Below are positions 63,463-64,000 of a stretch of 64,000 nt of DNA, piece by piece. The stretch comes from a virus (Duplodnaviria; Heunggongvirae; Uroviricota; Caudoviricetes): IMG/VR virus record IMGVR_UViG_3300012359_000001, positions 38,417 through 102,416 of that record. The stretch is one strand, 5' to 3'. Below the pieces are notes generated by a model. That model saw only the letters and a list, made by a program, of their open reading frames with translations, had not been told where the DNA came from and searched no databases. Within the stretch, counting starts at the first letter, position 1. The number at the start of each line of letters is the position of its first letter. The translations under genes and the position numbers were made by a program.

Positions 63463-63524
63463 ACAACAAGAAACCACCTATCAGTAAATCTGAGCGACAA
63501 CAGAGATAGGTGGTTCTTTGTTGT
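63463..63524. repeat. 20-bp near-perfect inverted repeat hairpin
   Basis: ACAACAAGAAACCACCTATC at 63463-63482 and GATAGGTGGTTCTTTGTTGT at 63505-63524 (one mismatch, 22-nt spacer). Confidence 0.8.
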
Positions 63525-63676
63525 AATTAATCGTCGTAATGGCTCAAAGGCACCTCGCAATCTAGGACGTATACATGCTACAAATAGTATAACATGTTTG
63601 GGCTTTTCGTCTTGTGCGTTCTTTTCAACCATTTCCCCTTTTGCTATACTGATAGAAAAGTGTGTGTGAGGTGGCA

Positions 63677-63955
63677 ATGCGCAACCATCAATTCGAGATC
63701 CCTGAACAGGCTGCAAGTCTCCATATGAGAGAAGTTATTCTTTGGACGAATGGCAACTGTATGGTTTTCGACGATAAGGGGCAACAGATGTGTGAGTTCC
63801 AGGGGATATTTGAGAATGCTGCTCCTCGTATCAATGCGGTCTTTTCTGGCAACTGGCAGTACGGGGATTGGAGACGTGGGATCATACAAAGTGTTCCATT
63901 TGAGCAGGTAATGTTCACAGAGAATGGAGTATATCGGTGGACATCGGAACCGTGA
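63677..63955 (+). CDS. Hypothetical protein
   Basis: Start at MRNHQFEIPE after a GAGGTGG RBS. 92 aa. Confidence 0.4.
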   Translation: MRNHQFEIPEQAASLHMREVILWTNGNCMVFDDKGQQMCEFQGIFENAAPRINAVFSGNWQYGDWRRGIIQSVPFEQVMFTENGVYRWTSEP

Positions 63956-64000
63956 TAGTGTTTGCCGCATCTGTGGGTTTATTTATCTGGCTGGTAGTCA

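Noticed and set aside
1-64000. CRISPR arrays, rRNA, integrase or attachment sites
   Set aside because: No regularly spaced direct repeats, no rRNA-like segments and no tyrosine or serine recombinase motifs were seen in any frame. Lysis genes and tail fibres are presumably beyond the left edge.

Overview
This window reads as most of the genome of a tailed phage or phage-plasmid. It encodes an HK97-fold capsid and a siphovirus-type tail with a tape measure protein. All calls come from reading motifs in the supplied translations; no database searches were run.

From 23.8 kb down to position 1 a late operon runs on the minus strand. Its order is terS, terL, a 5.8-kb accessory island carrying a TnpB-only IS200/IS605 element, portal with a MuF-like tail, Dam methylase, prohead protease with a long C-terminal extension, and major capsid protein. 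It continues with connector, head closure, gp10-like and terminator proteins, two paralogous tail tube proteins, a tail chaperone with an A8 slippery site, the tape measure protein, a free-standing HNH endonuclease with its own promoter, and a Dit-like tail protein that runs off the left edge.

From 24 to 64 kb lies an early and accessory region. Replication functions are a DnaN sliding clamp, DnaB helicase, DnaC-like loader and two replisome-organizer-like initiators, one with iterons inside its gene. A ParM/ParR-like partition pair sits beside centromere-like repeats. There are three GIY-YIG and two HNH endonucleases. A HerA/FtsK-like ATPase is paired with a membrane protein. Regulators include a CI/Cro-like switch, two GntR/HutC regulators and a pseudo-receiver protein. 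Other genes are an SPFH protein, a DUF262 protein and a PAPS-reductase-like protein.

The most unusual content is a four-gene cluster: a truncated CoA-transferase family III-like protein, a catalytically intact aspartate 1-decarboxylase (PanD), an ABC-type nucleotide-binding domain fused to a GNAT-like domain, and a ParB-like nuclease. The second standout is a small gene at 62872-63054 encoding a double-glycine-leader peptide whose core has an Asp/Trp-rich half and an Arg/His-rich half. Several very long perfect inverted repeats sit in intergenic regions.

No integrase, tRNA, rRNA or CRISPR array was found in the window.
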